DNA of 64,000 bases from an uncultured Mobiluncus sp. (GCF_963511525.1 NZ_CAUPIY010000006.1:23572-87571), one strand, 5' to 3'. Shown: positions 18,684 to 31,630, counted from the first letter of the stretch. Notes: generated by a model from the letters alone, not told the origin. Numbers and translations are program-made.

Positions 18684-19292
18684 ATGAATTGGATATTGAA
18701 ACGACTGAAAAGCGAGGACGGTGCGGTTTCCTTGTTGGGGACAGTGGCTATTCTGGGGGCGTTGGCGGCTTTCTCAATCGTCTTCCTGATGTTGGGGTCG
18801 GCTACAACTGACCAGCGTAATTCCTCGACTGCGGCGGATGCGGCGGCTCTGGGTGGGGCGCGTCATTGGGCGGATACGATTAATGTTTCTTATCAGGCGA
18901 ATTTGGCTTCTCCCACCAATGCGACGTTCTGGGCTTTCGCTGGGCATTCGGCGACATCTTTTGCTGTTGGTTCTGCGGCTTCGGCAGATGCTTTTGCAGC
19001 AGCCAATAATAATGAGTTGTTGTCTTATCTGACTATGGCTCCGGCAAAGACTTATGCGAAGGTTCGTAACTTTGACACGATTGAAAAGTCCGACACTGTT
19101 AAAATGCGGGCTGAATCGTATGCGGTGTTGAAGGTTAAGGACAAGGGAGTTTGCCTGCGTGGTGGCCAAATCGGTTTGTTTTGGTCGGGTGTGTGCTGGA
19201 TGAGTATGCCCCCGGGTTTGGATCCGAAAGCTCCCCCGCCCCCTGGGTTCCCTCCAGAGACAACGATTCACACCAGACTTGTTAATCAATGA
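18684..19292 (+). CDS. TadG-like pilus assembly protein
   Basis: EDG|AVSLL, TM, TAADAAALGGA Tad motif. Confidence 0.85.
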   Translation: MNWILKRLKSEDGAVSLLGTVAILGALAAFSIVFLMLGSATTDQRNSSTAADAAALGGARHWADTINVSYQANLASPTNATFWAFAGHSATSFAVGSAASADAFAAANNNELLSYLTMAPAKTYAKVRNFDTIEKSDTVKMRAESYAVLKVKDKGVCLRGGQIGLFWSGVCWMSMPPGLDPKAPPPPGFPPETTIHTRLVNQ

Positions 19293-19984
19293 CCCTGGAT
19301 TTATCGTCGTGGATTGTCTTGCCCTTGGGGGCAATCTTGGGGGGCGCGGTCGCGTTATTCTTCCGCAGAAAACTCCCCGACTATTTTCATGAGTCTGCCG
19401 GACCTTCTTCGCCGGTTTTCCTGGTTGTTTCCACTGCCATAGTTTCCGGCCTTGCCTCTCTCGTTGCCCTACGTTTTTTCAACGAGGCGGGTCCCACTGT
19501 GGTAGTCGCTTTGGTGTTCGCTGTGGTAACCCCCACCTTAATCGTTACGGATGCGCAAAAGCATCTGTTGCCTAATCAGATTTTGGGTTTTGTGACTGTC
19601 ACAGAGCTGGCTGCGCTGATTGCCGGCATCATCGCCGCGAACCTCGTCCCTGAGATATCCCCGGTGCCCGACTCCGGCGTGGCCGTGGGGATTCGTGCTT
19701 TACTGGGGGCTCTGGCCTTTTCCGCGGTGATGTTCCTCCTCACCTTGCTCAAGACCGGGCTCGGTTTGGGGGATGTTAAGTTGGCTTTTCCGTTGGGGAT
19801 GATGTTGGCATCGCAAAGTTGGACGGCGTTATTCTATGGGGTAATTCTGGGATGGATACTCGCTGGAATCGTGGCAATCGCATTGCTGGTCACCCGCCGT
19901 GCCAAACGTGACACCATGATTGCCTACGGTCCCTACATGATTGTCGGGGCTTGGACGGTCTGGCTCCTGGGACTTTCTGTCTAA
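19289..19984 (+). CDS. Prepilin peptidase (A24, TadV/CpaA-like)
   Basis: TDAQKHLLPN and GLGDVKL catalytic aspartate motifs; multi-TM. Confidence 0.9.
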   Translation: MTLDLSSWIVLPLGAILGGAVALFFRRKLPDYFHESAGPSSPVFLVVSTAIVSGLASLVALRFFNEAGPTVVVALVFAVVTPTLIVTDAQKHLLPNQILGFVTVTELAALIAGIIAANLVPEISPVPDSGVAVGIRALLGALAFSAVMFLLTLLKTGLGLGDVKLAFPLGMMLASQSWTALFYGVILGWILAGIVAIALLVTRRAKRDTMIAYGPYMIVGAWTVWLLGLSV

Positions 19985-20143
19985 CTGCCGGGGAAGGAAT
20001 GCAATCCCAGCGGAAAACCGGGTTTCTGGAGGCAATCGGTGGGGATACTTTTACCTGAATTTAACAGGGATAAAACTGGGGTTTTACTCTAGCTTGTTAA
20101 TCTGCAAATATTGAGTGTGATTACTACGGAAAGCTGGCGATTC

Positions 20144-21856
20144 ATGGTGAAACGTGGTTTGTGGATGCTGGTGGCGGCGACCTTCGTGGCGGCACTGGCG
20201 TTGACGGGATGTGTGCACGCAGGGAAAGACGCGCCAAAAACAGCCAAACCGGACGTTTCGTCGAGCAAAGCGGCGCCGCAGAGCCTGCCAGGTGCCATCG
20301 ACCTGAAAGCAGACTTCGAAGCCGGTTCTATGTGGGCTCAGGTAGGCCCGCTGTATCGGCTGGATAACGGCAATTCGGCGCTGGCGCTTACGGTGGGCAT
20401 CGATGACGTGAACTCTGCCATGGTGAGAGGCAATGTCGGTACTGCTCTCACCACCCCGGATTACCCCGCGCAAAAGGAATATTCGGGGATGTATCTGTTG
20501 ACGGACACCGAGGTTTTTGAACCCTGGCGTGACGACGAAGAACGCGTTCCCTACGTCAAACAGGATGGGACCCAGAAGGGGAGCAGCAGTTTCAGCGGCA
20601 AGGAGGGGGATCCAATTTCCGAAAGCGTCCTGGTACCTTTCGGGGACATCGGTGATGATCCGGGCACGGTCGGGGTGGATTTGGGCCTCATCGGTTTCGC
20701 CTACGATGTTCCGGTCCAAGATGCGACCAAAGCCCCGAAGTCGTTGCAAAAAGCTTTGGATAGCCTGCCCGACCAGGCCGCGAAAGACAACCACGGGGAG
20801 TACTCGGCTTTCACCATAGTCCCAGGCATGGACGTGGCTTCGAGTTCAAAGAGCCTGGACGTGACTTTGGCCGCCGACGTATTCTTTGATTCCGGCAAAT
20901 GGGACATTAAGCCCGATGCTTCAGCGACTTTGGGCGACTTGGCGAAAACACTAGCGACTCACGAGCCGGGTGAGGTAACTATCGTGGGTCACACCGATAA
21001 CGTGCCGGATGCGAACGTGGGTAACCAGTTGTTGAGCGAAAATCGAGCGAACGCAGTAAAAGCCGTGCTGGAAGGGAAATCGGAGTTGTCCGGGTTCACC
21101 TTTAGTGCTTCGGGCAAAGGCGAGACGCAACCGGCCGTGCCGAACACCGACGATGCTTCGCGGGCAAAGAACCGACGGGTGCAGGTTTCCATAAACACCC
21201 CGGTTAAAAAGGAAATCCTCGAACTGCAGGCGGCCAGCGCACCAATGCCCGCCCCGTATGCACAGGAATCTGATTGGCCCCAGGCAGTGCTTTACAATGT
21301 CAGCCGCAGTGATGCCAGTAAGCCCCAGTATGTGCAAATCTCGACCTCCGAGGCCGTGGCCTACCCGAACTACACCCTGGTGACTTTTACGGTAAAAGCC
21401 GTTGACCAGGTGGGTTCCATGCAGTTGAACCTAGGCGGCTTTCATCGTCCAGAAGAGACGACTACCAATATCAGCTCTGTTTTCTACGGGCCTGATATTT
21501 TGCTAGGTTCGGCGCGTACCGTGCCGTTGGAATATCCGCGTATCGGTGTTAACGGGAAAAATATACACGGGGTGGTGACGGGCGGAAGCCTAGGCGCCAT
21601 TCCGCTGTTGAAACCAGGTGAAAAGTGGACTGTTCCGGTTCTCTATCCGCCGGTTAACACCAAGACCATTACCATCGACGCCTCCAAGGAATACAACCAT
21701 GTCAAGTACGGCTACCGGATTAACGACGTCCCGGTGAAACAGGCTGGTGAGGCGTCCGGCTCTCCTCAGGGTTCTAACAAGCCCACACCCCATAAGAACC
21801 AGTCTGGTCACACCAAACAACCCAGCGGCTCTTCCACAGAATCTCCGACAGCGTAA
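20144..21856 (+). CDS. OmpA/MotB-domain lipoprotein
   Basis: Lipobox LTG|C; central FDSGK..VGHTD..LSENRANAV..GKGETQP..NRRV. Confidence 0.9.
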   Translation: MVKRGLWMLVAATFVAALALTGCVHAGKDAPKTAKPDVSSSKAAPQSLPGAIDLKADFEAGSMWAQVGPLYRLDNGNSALALTVGIDDVNSAMVRGNVGTALTTPDYPAQKEYSGMYLLTDTEVFEPWRDDEERVPYVKQDGTQKGSSSFSGKEGDPISESVLVPFGDIGDDPGTVGVDLGLIGFAYDVPVQDATKAPKSLQKALDSLPDQAAKDNHGEYSAFTIVPGMDVASSSKSLDVTLAADVFFDSGKWDIKPDASATLGDLAKTLATHEPGEVTIVGHTDNVPDANVGNQLLSENRANAVKAVLEGKSELSGFTFSASGKGETQPAVPNTDDASRAKNRRVQVSINTPVKKEILELQAASAPMPAPYAQESDWPQAVLYNVSRSDASKPQYVQISTSEAVAYPNYTLVTFTVKAVDQVGSMQLNLGGFHRPEETTTNISSVFYGPDILLGSARTVPLEYPRIGVNGKNIHGVVTGGSLGAIPLLKPGEKWTVPVLYPPVNTKTITIDASKEYNHVKYGYRINDVPVKQAGEASGSPQGSNKPTPHKNQSGHTKQPSGSSTESPTA

Positions 21857-21884
21857 CTTGGAGAGACGATAGCGAGGAAACAAA

Positions 21885-22352
21885 ATGGTGAACCGACCGG
21901 GACCCATTTGGGCCGACCTCGAAAAACCGGATTTTATGGTGGAATCCGAGCGTTTCGTGCCTGTCTATGTAACCAAGAATCGTCGCGACAGAAACCAGGG
22001 GCTGCTGTACTCTGCCAGCACTCCCGGGATTGTGTGGATCACAAAATGCAATGGAATTCACACAATAGCCATGCGTTTCACGATTGACGTGGCTTACATG
22101 GATCGACACAACCGGATTTTAGAAATCGTGACCTATCCGCCCGGGCGCATTGGTCGGCCACGATTTCGAGCCAGTTCCGTACTGGAGGCACAACCCGGAA
22201 CTTTTGCAGAACTCGGATTGAAACCGGGAGTGATTTTTGCGGCAAAGCCTGCGGGAGAACCTGAATCTGAACAAGGCAAAGCGGCGCTTAGCGGAGCTGC
22301 GAAAGCGACGGGGGTTGGTACAGTCGAACCTGTCTCAGAGGGTAAAAGGTGA
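21885..22352 (+). CDS. DUF192 family protein
   Basis: R.QGLL, IHTIAMRFTIDVAYMD, VLEA. Confidence 0.85.
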   Translation: MVNRPGPIWADLEKPDFMVESERFVPVYVTKNRRDRNQGLLYSASTPGIVWITKCNGIHTIAMRFTIDVAYMDRHNRILEIVTYPPGRIGRPRFRASSVLEAQPGTFAELGLKPGVIFAAKPAGEPESEQGKAALSGAAKATGVGTVEPVSEGKR

Positions 22353-22361
22353 GGTCATACC

Positions 22362-22799
22362 GTGGAAATTAGTTATGAAGAAACCGCCGTATCGAACGAA
22401 TTTCCCACCCGCAACGCCCTGATTGGGCTGTTCCTGGGGGCGGTCACCCTGGGTGCACAAACCTACCTGGTGATGAAATCCCCGGCCATGGCGGAAATGT
22501 TGATGACCGGGTGGGGTGGATATTCCGTGGCCTACGGAGCCTTGGATCTGTTGCGCTGTCTGGTGGTGTGCGCGTACGCGTTGTATCTGTTGCGGGCTCG
22601 GATGAACCCGGATTCCGAGCGGCCTTTCGTGGTGGTGGCGGTATTTACCACGATTATTCCGTGGGCTGTTTTACAGGCCTACATTCTGATATTGGCGATT
22701 CAATCCGGCGGTTTTACTCCTTTGGATTTCCTCTGGGGGGCGCTTTTGGCCAGCATCGCGGGGGCGGGTTTGGCGCTGGGTTTGATTCGGCCGAAATAA
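22362..22799 (+). CDS. Small membrane protein (about 4 TM)
   Basis: Hydrophobic segments; GAGG RBS before GTG. Confidence 0.75.
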   Translation: MEISYEETAVSNEFPTRNALIGLFLGAVTLGAQTYLVMKSPAMAEMLMTGWGGYSVAYGALDLLRCLVVCAYALYLLRARMNPDSERPFVVVAVFTTIIPWAVLQAYILILAIQSGGFTPLDFLWGALLASIAGAGLALGLIRPK

Positions 22800-22850
22800 C
22801 TGTGCGGAACTGAAAAATTTTCGCCACCGGGGCTCAGGTAGAGTAGAGAC

Positions 22851-25130
22851 ATGATGACTGCCCTGTATCGCCGCTACCGTCCCGACACTTTCGAGGACGT
22901 AATCGGTCAAGAACACGTAACTAAGGCGCTGCAGGCGGCTTTAGCGAACGGGCGGGTCAACCATGCTTACCTGTTTTCGGGGCCGCGGGGCTGCGGCAAA
23001 ACGACCAGCGCTCGGATTTTGGCACGCTGCCTGAACTGTGCCCAAGGACCGACCGCTACCCCGTGCGGGACTTGTGATTCCTGTCGGGATTTGGCGACGG
23101 GCGGGCCGGGTTCCCTGGACGTCATCGAGATTGACGCGGCCTCTCACGGCGGGGTGGACGACACTCGGGAGCTGCGCGATCGGGCGGCCTATGCTCCGGC
23201 GCGTGACCGATTTAAGATTTTCATCATTGATGAGGCACACAACGTGTCTAAGGAAGGCTTCAACGCCCTGTTAAAGCTGGTAGAGGAGCCTCCGGAACAT
23301 ATTAAGTTCATTTTCGCTACCACGAACCCAGAAAAGGTCATTTCCACGATTCGCTCCCGCACCCATCACTATCCGTTCCGGCTGGTTGCTCCGGAGGTAT
23401 TGCGCGACTATATGGCGGATTTGTGCCGTTCTGAGGGCGTCACGGCCGAGGACGGGGTGCTGGGGCTGGTGGTGCGGGCCGGAGGCGGGTCCGTGCGCGA
23501 TTCTTTGTCCATCCTCGATCAGCTTATTGCCGGCGAGGCCGAGCCGAAGTTGCACTATGACCGAGCCGTTTCCCTGCTGGGCTACACCGATTCCGCTCTG
23601 TTGAGCGGGATGGTGGACGCTTTGGTGTCCGGCTCCGGTGCTGAGGCCTACACGGTGGTGGATCGGATGATTCAAACTGGGCATGAACCACGGCGTTTTG
23701 TTGAGGACCTGCTGCAATATTTGCGTGACCTGGTGGTGATGAAGCTCGCTGGGGCGGGAGCCGGGGCCGTGTTGGGGGATTTGCCCGAGGCCGAACTGGC
23801 GGCGATGCGTCCCCAAGTGGCGGCTCTCAGCCCGCGCACCCTGACGCGCTGTGCCGAACTTGTTGATGAGGGGCTAACCGAGATGGTGGGGGCCACTTCC
23901 CCGCGTCTGGCCTTGGAGCTGTTGGTGGCGAAACTGCTGTTGGCAACCTCCACGGAGGGTTCGGGGTCGACCCCACCGGCGGCGACGAAAGCTACCGGGT
24001 CGGGCTCCCGGGACAGTGGTGGTCCTGTTCCTCTGGTGGCGCCCGCGCCCACTGAGACTCCTTCACAAGGGACTTCCACCAGCGCCGTTGTGGGCTCGGC
24101 TGGTCCGGCCGCGAGGTCAGGCGCATCTGCGTCTCAATCAGCGCCGGTTTCCGCACCACAGCGCGGAAAGGACACCGTTTCCCAGCCCGAGCCAACTGTG
24201 GCAACCCGAGAGGAGAAATGGGAGTTCAAGCCCACCCCGTGGGACATTCCCGGTGGTAACACCGGCGGTACGAATCAGCCAGATAATCCAGTCCCAAGCG
24301 CTCAGCCTGGCCAAAAACCTACTCGACGCGATACCCCGGCAGACCAACCCGCTCCTGTCCCGGCCCTCGCTCCCACCGCGACTTCTGCCCCTGCCCAGGA
24401 CGCACAGCCGGCCCAGTCCGGCACTGGTACAGACGGAGACTATGAAAAAATCCGCTCCAACTGGGGCAAAATTATGGCTCGTTTAAAGCAAAATCACGCC
24501 GCGACCGGGAACCTGTTGGAATCCCATGGCCAGCTGCAAGGAATGCGCGGCTCTACGGTGGAAATCGCTTTCCCGAACCCCGGATTGGTGCGGGCCTTCG
24601 GGGAACGCCACACTTCCGCCCTGGCCGGGGTCATTCAGGGATTTACCGGCCTCAACGTGGAAGTGCGCGGAGTGGTGGCTGGTTTCGGGGCGCCCGCTGC
24701 TGAGTCCGTCCCCACCCCGGAGTCGCGTGTTGCTGAACCGGAGCCGTCCGCCCCCACACCGGAGCCGCCCGTTTCTGAGCCAGAGCCGCCTGATCCGGCC
24801 AATTTTGAACCAGAGGTACCGCAGGACTGGCCCGAACCGCCTGCTCAAAGTCAGCTCGCTGAGCCCGCACCTGTGCCAGTTGCTGAGCCAGAACCGCCCG
24901 CCTCCGCACCGGAGGCACCCACCCCTGCGGTTCCCCCGGAGGAACCCACACCTGCAACCGCGACCACACCTCGTGACTCGAACCAATCTGGTGAACCACG
25001 TAAACAGCCTGACCCGCAAGTTTCTGGGGAAATGAAAGCGGGAATCCAGACCGCGCAAGCCATGTTGGGTGGAACTATCATTGATCCGAAAACCCCGCCC
25101 GGTTCCCCGTTGGCAAAGGCAGGTCGGTGA
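22851..25130 (+). CDS. dnaX: DNA polymerase III subunit gamma/tau
   Basis: [17 protein letters not shown], Zn-cysteine motif, DEAH; Pro-rich linkers. Confidence 0.97.
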   Translation: MMTALYRRYRPDTFEDVIGQEHVTKALQAALANGRVNHAYLFSGPRGCGKTTSARILARCLNCAQGPTATPCGTCDSCRDLATGGPGSLDVIEIDAASHGGVDDTRELRDRAAYAPARDRFKIFIIDEAHNVSKEGFNALLKLVEEPPEHIKFIFATTNPEKVISTIRSRTHHYPFRLVAPEVLRDYMADLCRSEGVTAEDGVLGLVVRAGGGSVRDSLSILDQLIAGEAEPKLHYDRAVSLLGYTDSALLSGMVDALVSGSGAEAYTVVDRMIQTGHEPRRFVEDLLQYLRDLVVMKLAGAGAGAVLGDLPEAELAAMRPQVAALSPRTLTRCAELVDEGLTEMVGATSPRLALELLVAKLLLATSTEGSGSTPPAATKATGSGSRDSGGPVPLVAPAPTETPSQGTSTSAVVGSAGPAARSGASASQSAPVSAPQRGKDTVSQPEPTVATREEKWEFKPTPWDIPGGNTGGTNQPDNPVPSAQPGQKPTRRDTPADQPAPVPALAPTATSAPAQDAQPAQSGTGTDGDYEKIRSNWGKIMARLKQNHAATGNLLESHGQLQGMRGSTVEIAFPNPGLVRAFGERHTSALAGVIQGFTGLNVEVRGVVAGFGAPAAESVPTPESRVAEPEPSAPTPEPPVSEPEPPDPANFEPEVPQDWPEPPAQSQLAEPAPVPVAEPEPPASAPEAPTPAVPPEEPTPATATTPRDSNQSGEPRKQPDPQVSGEMKAGIQTAQAMLGGTIIDPKTPPGSPLAKAGR

Positions 25131-25732
25131 TGAGCCAAATTTTCACCGATGCTCTGCAAGACCTCATCGACGCGCTGGGGAAAATGCCCGGAGTGGGGCC
25201 AAAATCCGCCCAACGTATCGCATTTTGGGTACTCAGTGCGGATGAGGCCGACATTAAGAGACTCACCGAGGCGCTGACCAGCGTTAAGGAAAAGGTCCAC
25301 TTTTGCGAGGTTTGCGGCAATATCACCGAACACCCGGTATGCGCGATTTGCCAGGATTCCCGCCGGGATCAGTCGCTTATCTGCGTGGTGGAACAAGCCA
25401 CCGACATTGTTTCTCTGGAACGTACCCGGATGTATCGCGGGCTTTATCACGTTCTGGGCGGCGCCTTGGATCCCATCAACGGGGTCGGTCCCGATCAGCT
25501 GCGGATTGCCGGGCTGATGACGCGCCTGCAGGATTCCGCCATCAAGGAAGTCATTATCGCCACCGACCCCAATACGGAAGGCGAAGCAACCGCGGCTTAC
25601 CTGGCGCGAATGCTCGCTACCATCGGAATCCCAGCCTCGCGCTTGGCCTCCGGCCTGCCGGTCGGAGGCGACCTGGAATATGCTGACGAAGTGACACTGG
25701 GGCGCGCCCTGGAAGGCCGGCGCCGCCTATAG
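25130..25732 (+). CDS. recR: Recombination protein RecR
   Basis: [13 protein letters not shown]4 zinc finger, YHVLGG, EGEATA Toprim. Confidence 0.97.
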   Translation: MSQIFTDALQDLIDALGKMPGVGPKSAQRIAFWVLSADEADIKRLTEALTSVKEKVHFCEVCGNITEHPVCAICQDSRRDQSLICVVEQATDIVSLERTRMYRGLYHVLGGALDPINGVGPDQLRIAGLMTRLQDSAIKEVIIATDPNTEGEATAAYLARMLATIGIPASRLASGLPVGGDLEYADEVTLGRALEGRRRL

Positions 25733-25943
25733 AACCCTCGATTCGCTCAAGCTGTCTGCCCAAAAACTGCCCACCCACAATCTCCCGCCGCAAAACCACC
25801 CGCTCCAAACCGCTTGTCGGGAAAACCCGATTCGCCTCCCGGCGGCGAATTCACGAGTTTCGGGCATAATCGCTATAATCAAGACGTCAGCAGTAAAGGT
25901 GCCGCGGCCCTCACTGCCGCGTGTCGGCTTAAGGGAGGTTTTC

Positions 25944-28324
<2,381 letters not shown>

Positions 28325-28406
28325 AATAAAGTTAAATATTTGAAGACAATAAACTTAGAGTCCTATCTCTCTGTGCTAAACTCATTGCAGGAAGGAGCAC
28401 CGACTC

Positions 28407-28766
28407 ATGGCAGTAAATATTGTCACTCAAGAGAACATGGCTCAGGCCATGAGTGAGAACGATATTGTGGTGCTCGAATTCTGGGCTCCGTGGTGCAGTC
28501 CATGCCGCCTATTTACTCCGGTTTTTGAACAAGCTTCCCTGCGTAACCAGGACGTTTTCTTTGGCACCGTCAACACCGAGGAACAAAAGCCGTTGGTGAG
28601 TGCGGCGGGCATTGTCTCCATCCCGACGCTGATGATTTTCCGCCAGTCAGTTCTGGTGTTCCGTGAGGCCGGTTTGCTCCAAGGCACTCAGCTGGACGAA
28701 CTGCTTCACCAGGTTCGGAACTTAGATATGGCTCAGGTTGCAGCCGGACACGGGGCAGTACATTAA
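28407..28766 (+). CDS. Thioredoxin
   Basis: FWAPWCSPC, SIPTL; AAGGAG RBS. Confidence 0.9.
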   Translation: MAVNIVTQENMAQAMSENDIVVLEFWAPWCSPCRLFTPVFEQASLRNQDVFFGTVNTEEQKPLVSAAGIVSIPTLMIFRQSVLVFREAGLLQGTQLDELLHQVRNLDMAQVAAGHGAVH

Positions 28767-28787
28767 CCCCGCTAAAACCTGCACGTC

Positions 28788-28808
28788 ACCCCCGGTTCCG
28801 CCGGGGGT
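28788..28808. terminator. Hairpin between convergent genes
   Basis: ACCCCCGG-TTCCG-CCGGGGGT; no clear U-tract. Confidence 0.45.
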
Positions 28809-28860
28809 AAAGCATATCTCCCCTCTGAGGTGAACCCGGGACGATACTGCAAGACGCTGC

Positions 28861-30321
28861 TTACTTATCCCACTGCGGAGGAATGTACTTGCCTTTTCCG
28901 AAGCGTGCCGCCAAGTCGCTGCCCACCACGATGCCGTCGCCTGCAGTGGTGTTCCAGCACACCACGCGGTTGCCGGAATTACTGGCGTGGCAGGCAAAAA
29001 TCCCGTTGGTCACCGTTTCGTTGGCAGCCAAAGTCCCTTCCGTGGCGGTGTCGATAGGTTCGATACACGCATACTCGTGGTTGCGGCTGTGCGAGGCGTA
29101 AAGCGCATCGCTGTATCCCGAATTCGGGGCTTGCGCAGAACAATAGTAAGGATCCGTGGAGTTAGCGAAACACTGTACTTGTGACTTGCCGAAAATGCAG
29201 CGAACATTGCCATCAGTAGTGGTAAAACTGTTGAGTTTCTTGGCATTTGCGGGGGGAGCCAACGGATTCGTGGGTGTGGGTGTGGGTGTAGGCGAGGCGC
29301 TGGCGCTCGCGCTGTCATCAGGGACAACCTGTTTTATGGTCTGGCCGGGGTGGGGTCCCGGAACCTCAATAATCTTGGTGGGGCCGGTGTAGCCTTCCGG
29401 CAAGCTAGTTTGTACCAGCTCTTGGGGAGTCGCGCTGACACTCGGGGTGGGTTCGGCCGCGTTGGCACTGAGTGAAACTGGTTTTTCAGCTTGGCTGGTG
29501 AGCCCCCAGACAACCAGCATAATCACGACCAGCCAAATCAATAACCCGAAAATCATCCACAGCCAAAACCGGTTGAACCGGCGTCTGGCGGTCATCGCAG
29601 GACTGGGAAGCTGGGCACCAATCTTTTCGGTAGTAGAGAGAGCCGGAGCTGCGGGGTAGCTGGCCAGGTAATCTCGAGGAGTGGCGGTTCGTGCCCGGTT
29701 TATCGCTGCCATTTCGGCCGCGGCCGTGGCGGCTGAAGTTGAACCTTCCTGGTATAACTCCAGCTCATTAGCAGTAGGCTGAGGGTCTTTACCGACGGGC
29801 GCAGCTGGCTTTTCGGAGGGCTGAGGTTCCTCAGAAACTGGCGGTTCCTTCGGCTGGGAAGTATGGGGCTGCGGGTCTGTCGCCGGCTTGCTCGGTGGAG
29901 ATACCTGGGGCTGCGGGTCTGTCGCCGGCTTGCTCGGTGGAGATACCTGGGGCTGCGGGTCTGTCGCCGGCTTGCTCGGTGGAGATACTTGGGGCTGCGG
30001 GTCTGTCGCCGGTTTACTTGGTGGAGATACTTGGGGCTCTGAGTGGACTGGCGGTTTTGAGACGGGCTTGGTTGAGGCCATGTACTCCGTCACGTAGTTT
30101 TCCAGTTCGCCTCGCTGCACCAGTTTGGCGCGTTTCGCTAAGGCCGCATTAATCTGTGTATCTTGCAGTTCACCTAACCAATCCAATAGGTCGGGATAGG
30201 TTGAGGGGTTCAAAGCCAGCAGGGGACCCAGCTCGGGAGCATCTTGCGCGATAGTCTGCAGACGAGCCAGAGGGGTATCTGGATTGATAGCTTCAAGTTG
30301 TTCCTTGGTTAAATCTTCCAT
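28861..30321 (-). CDS. Single-pass membrane protein: variant-LRR-like N-terminus, Pro-rich repeats, Cys-containing extracellular domain
   Basis: NPDTP..L..IA...PEL...LALNPSTYPDLLDWL; TM FWLWMIFGLLIWLVVIMLVVW. Confidence 0.8.
   Translation of the reverse strand: MEDLTKEQLEAINPDTPLARLQTIAQDAPELGPLLALNPSTYPDLLDWLGELQDTQINAALAKRAKLVQRGELENYVTEYMASTKPVSKPPVHSEPQVSPPSKPATDPQPQVSPPSKPATDPQPQVSPPSKPATDPQPQVSPPSKPATDPQPHTSQPKEPPVSEEPQPSEKPAAPVGKDPQPTANELELYQEGSTSAATAAAEMAAINRARTATPRDYLASYPAAPALSTTEKIGAQLPSPAMTARRRFNRFWLWMIFGLLIWLVVIMLVVWGLTSQAEKPVSLSANAAEPTPSVSATPQELVQTSLPEGYTGPTKIIEVPGPHPGQTIKQVVPDDSASASASPTPTPTPTNPLAPPANAKKLNSFTTTDGNVRCIFGKSQVQCFANSTDPYYCSAQAPNSGYSDALYASHSRNHEYACIEPIDTATEGTLAANETVTNGIFACHASNSGNRVVCWNTTAGDGIVVGSDLAARFGKGKYIPPQWDK
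29864..30038. repeat. 42-bp coding tandem repeat, 4 copies plus a partial (PQVSPPSKPATDPQ)
   Basis: Units start at 29864, 29906, 29948 and 29990. Confidence 0.95.
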
Positions 30322-30619
30322 GAGCACACCAGTTTCAACGTTTCAAATGGAAATTACCTCCCATTATATCCATATTCCTAGCGTTTTCCAAGGTAATCTT
30401 AAGGTTTGTCCATGCAAAGGGTGTGAATCCTGCACCCGAAGGCAGGAAAGCCCTCCCGGAACACTGGCAACGCCCGACTTGACGGACCTGTGCCGGGTTT
30501 CCCGGCCTTAGTAACCGGATAATTTTTGGCGTTAGAGCCCGATTCCGGGGCCGGGATATTATTCCGGACACTCACCGGGTTAGACTAGGGTTGTTAGTTT
30601 TGGCGGCGAGAGGTGAGTG

Positions 30620-31630
30620 ATGGTGGGCAATACCCAAAAACCCGTTGCGCAGCAGGGTCGTACCCCCAACCGGGCGCGCCCCAATCCTCAGAATCTGCCC
30701 GCGGAACAAATCGCCAAAGCACGTCACCGCTGGACCATCGCTATCATCGTGACTTCTGTCATTTTGGCGGCGCTCCTTATCGGCCTGGTCGTGATGTGGG
30801 TGCTGGGTGGTGATTCCCAAGGAGCGCGTTCGGCTTGCGCGAAAGCTAGCCAGGATTTAACCAAACAGTACACTTCGCTGCAGCAAGTAGTGTCCGACGC
30901 GGAAAGTACTTTGGCTGCGGTTGATTCCTCTCAAGTCAAAGACCCCGCGATGCTTGATGACATTCAGGCGAAAGTTCGGCAAGCCAGTAAAGAAGTGAAA
31001 CCTCTGGAATGTACCGGTCAGGATGTCGCCAAAAAGACCACCACCATGATGGCTCAGGCTGAAGCGTTGAAAAAGCAGCAAACTGAGCTGGAGGCGGCGC
31101 TGGGACAAATTCAAGAAGCTGAAAATCTCAACAGTCTGACGGTAGCCCAGAAAGCCTTGGCAGATAAGATTGCCCAGGCGGAAAAGCTGGCGCAAACCGC
31201 TGCGGACATCGAAGCTAATACCGAACCCCGAGCTTCTCTAGCGGCTCAGATTGAGGACGCGAAACGCCTTTTGAACCAGGTCAACTCCCTTTCAACCGTG
31301 CCGGACGATAAAGTCGACGGTCTCAACGAATCGATGCGTGCCTCCGTGGATCGTCTGGAGGAGGACATCACCGCGGTTACGAAAGCTATCGATGATAAAC
31401 GCTTGGAAAATGCTCGGAAAGAATCCGAAGAACAGATGCTGCGTCAGCAGCAGCAGATGGAGCAGGAACGGCGTGCCCAGCAAGGCGGCGCGACCTGCGA
31501 GGTCGGCCAGACGATAGTTGACGCCAACGGCAATAAATTCTATTGCCGCACCGTTTTGGACCCTGCTACCGGAACCGGCCAAACGACTTGGGTTGGGGAA
31601 CCAGCGGAACAACCGCAGCCCGGCAACTAA
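30620..31630 (+). CDS. Membrane-anchored coiled-coil protein
   Basis: One N-terminal TM, then long Ala/Gln/Glu/Lys helical region and small Cys-containing C-terminus. Confidence 0.8.
   Translation: MVGNTQKPVAQQGRTPNRARPNPQNLPAEQIAKARHRWTIAIIVTSVILAALLIGLVVMWVLGGDSQGARSACAKASQDLTKQYTSLQQVVSDAESTLAAVDSSQVKDPAMLDDIQAKVRQASKEVKPLECTGQDVAKKTTTMMAQAEALKKQQTELEAALGQIQEAENLNSLTVAQKALADKIAQAEKLAQTAADIEANTEPRASLAAQIEDAKRLLNQVNSLSTVPDDKVDGLNESMRASVDRLEEDITAVTKAIDDKRLENARKESEEQMLRQQQQMEQERRAQQGGATCEVGQTIVDANGNKFYCRTVLDPATGTGQTTWVGEPAEQPQPGN

Noticed and set aside
22851..25130. Programmed frameshift in dnaX (gamma/tau)
   Set aside because: No A_AAA_AAG site or long A-run seen after the clamp-loader domains.
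25759..25801. Minus-strand G-quadruplex (five GGG runs) after recR
   Set aside because: Loops are long and irregular, and such runs are expected by chance at this GC content.
30420..30570. c-di-AMP (ydaO) riboswitch suggested by GAATCCTGC...GCAGGA and nearby hairpins
   Set aside because: The conserved GGGGGAACC and downstream motifs are not visible; an Infernal search would be needed.
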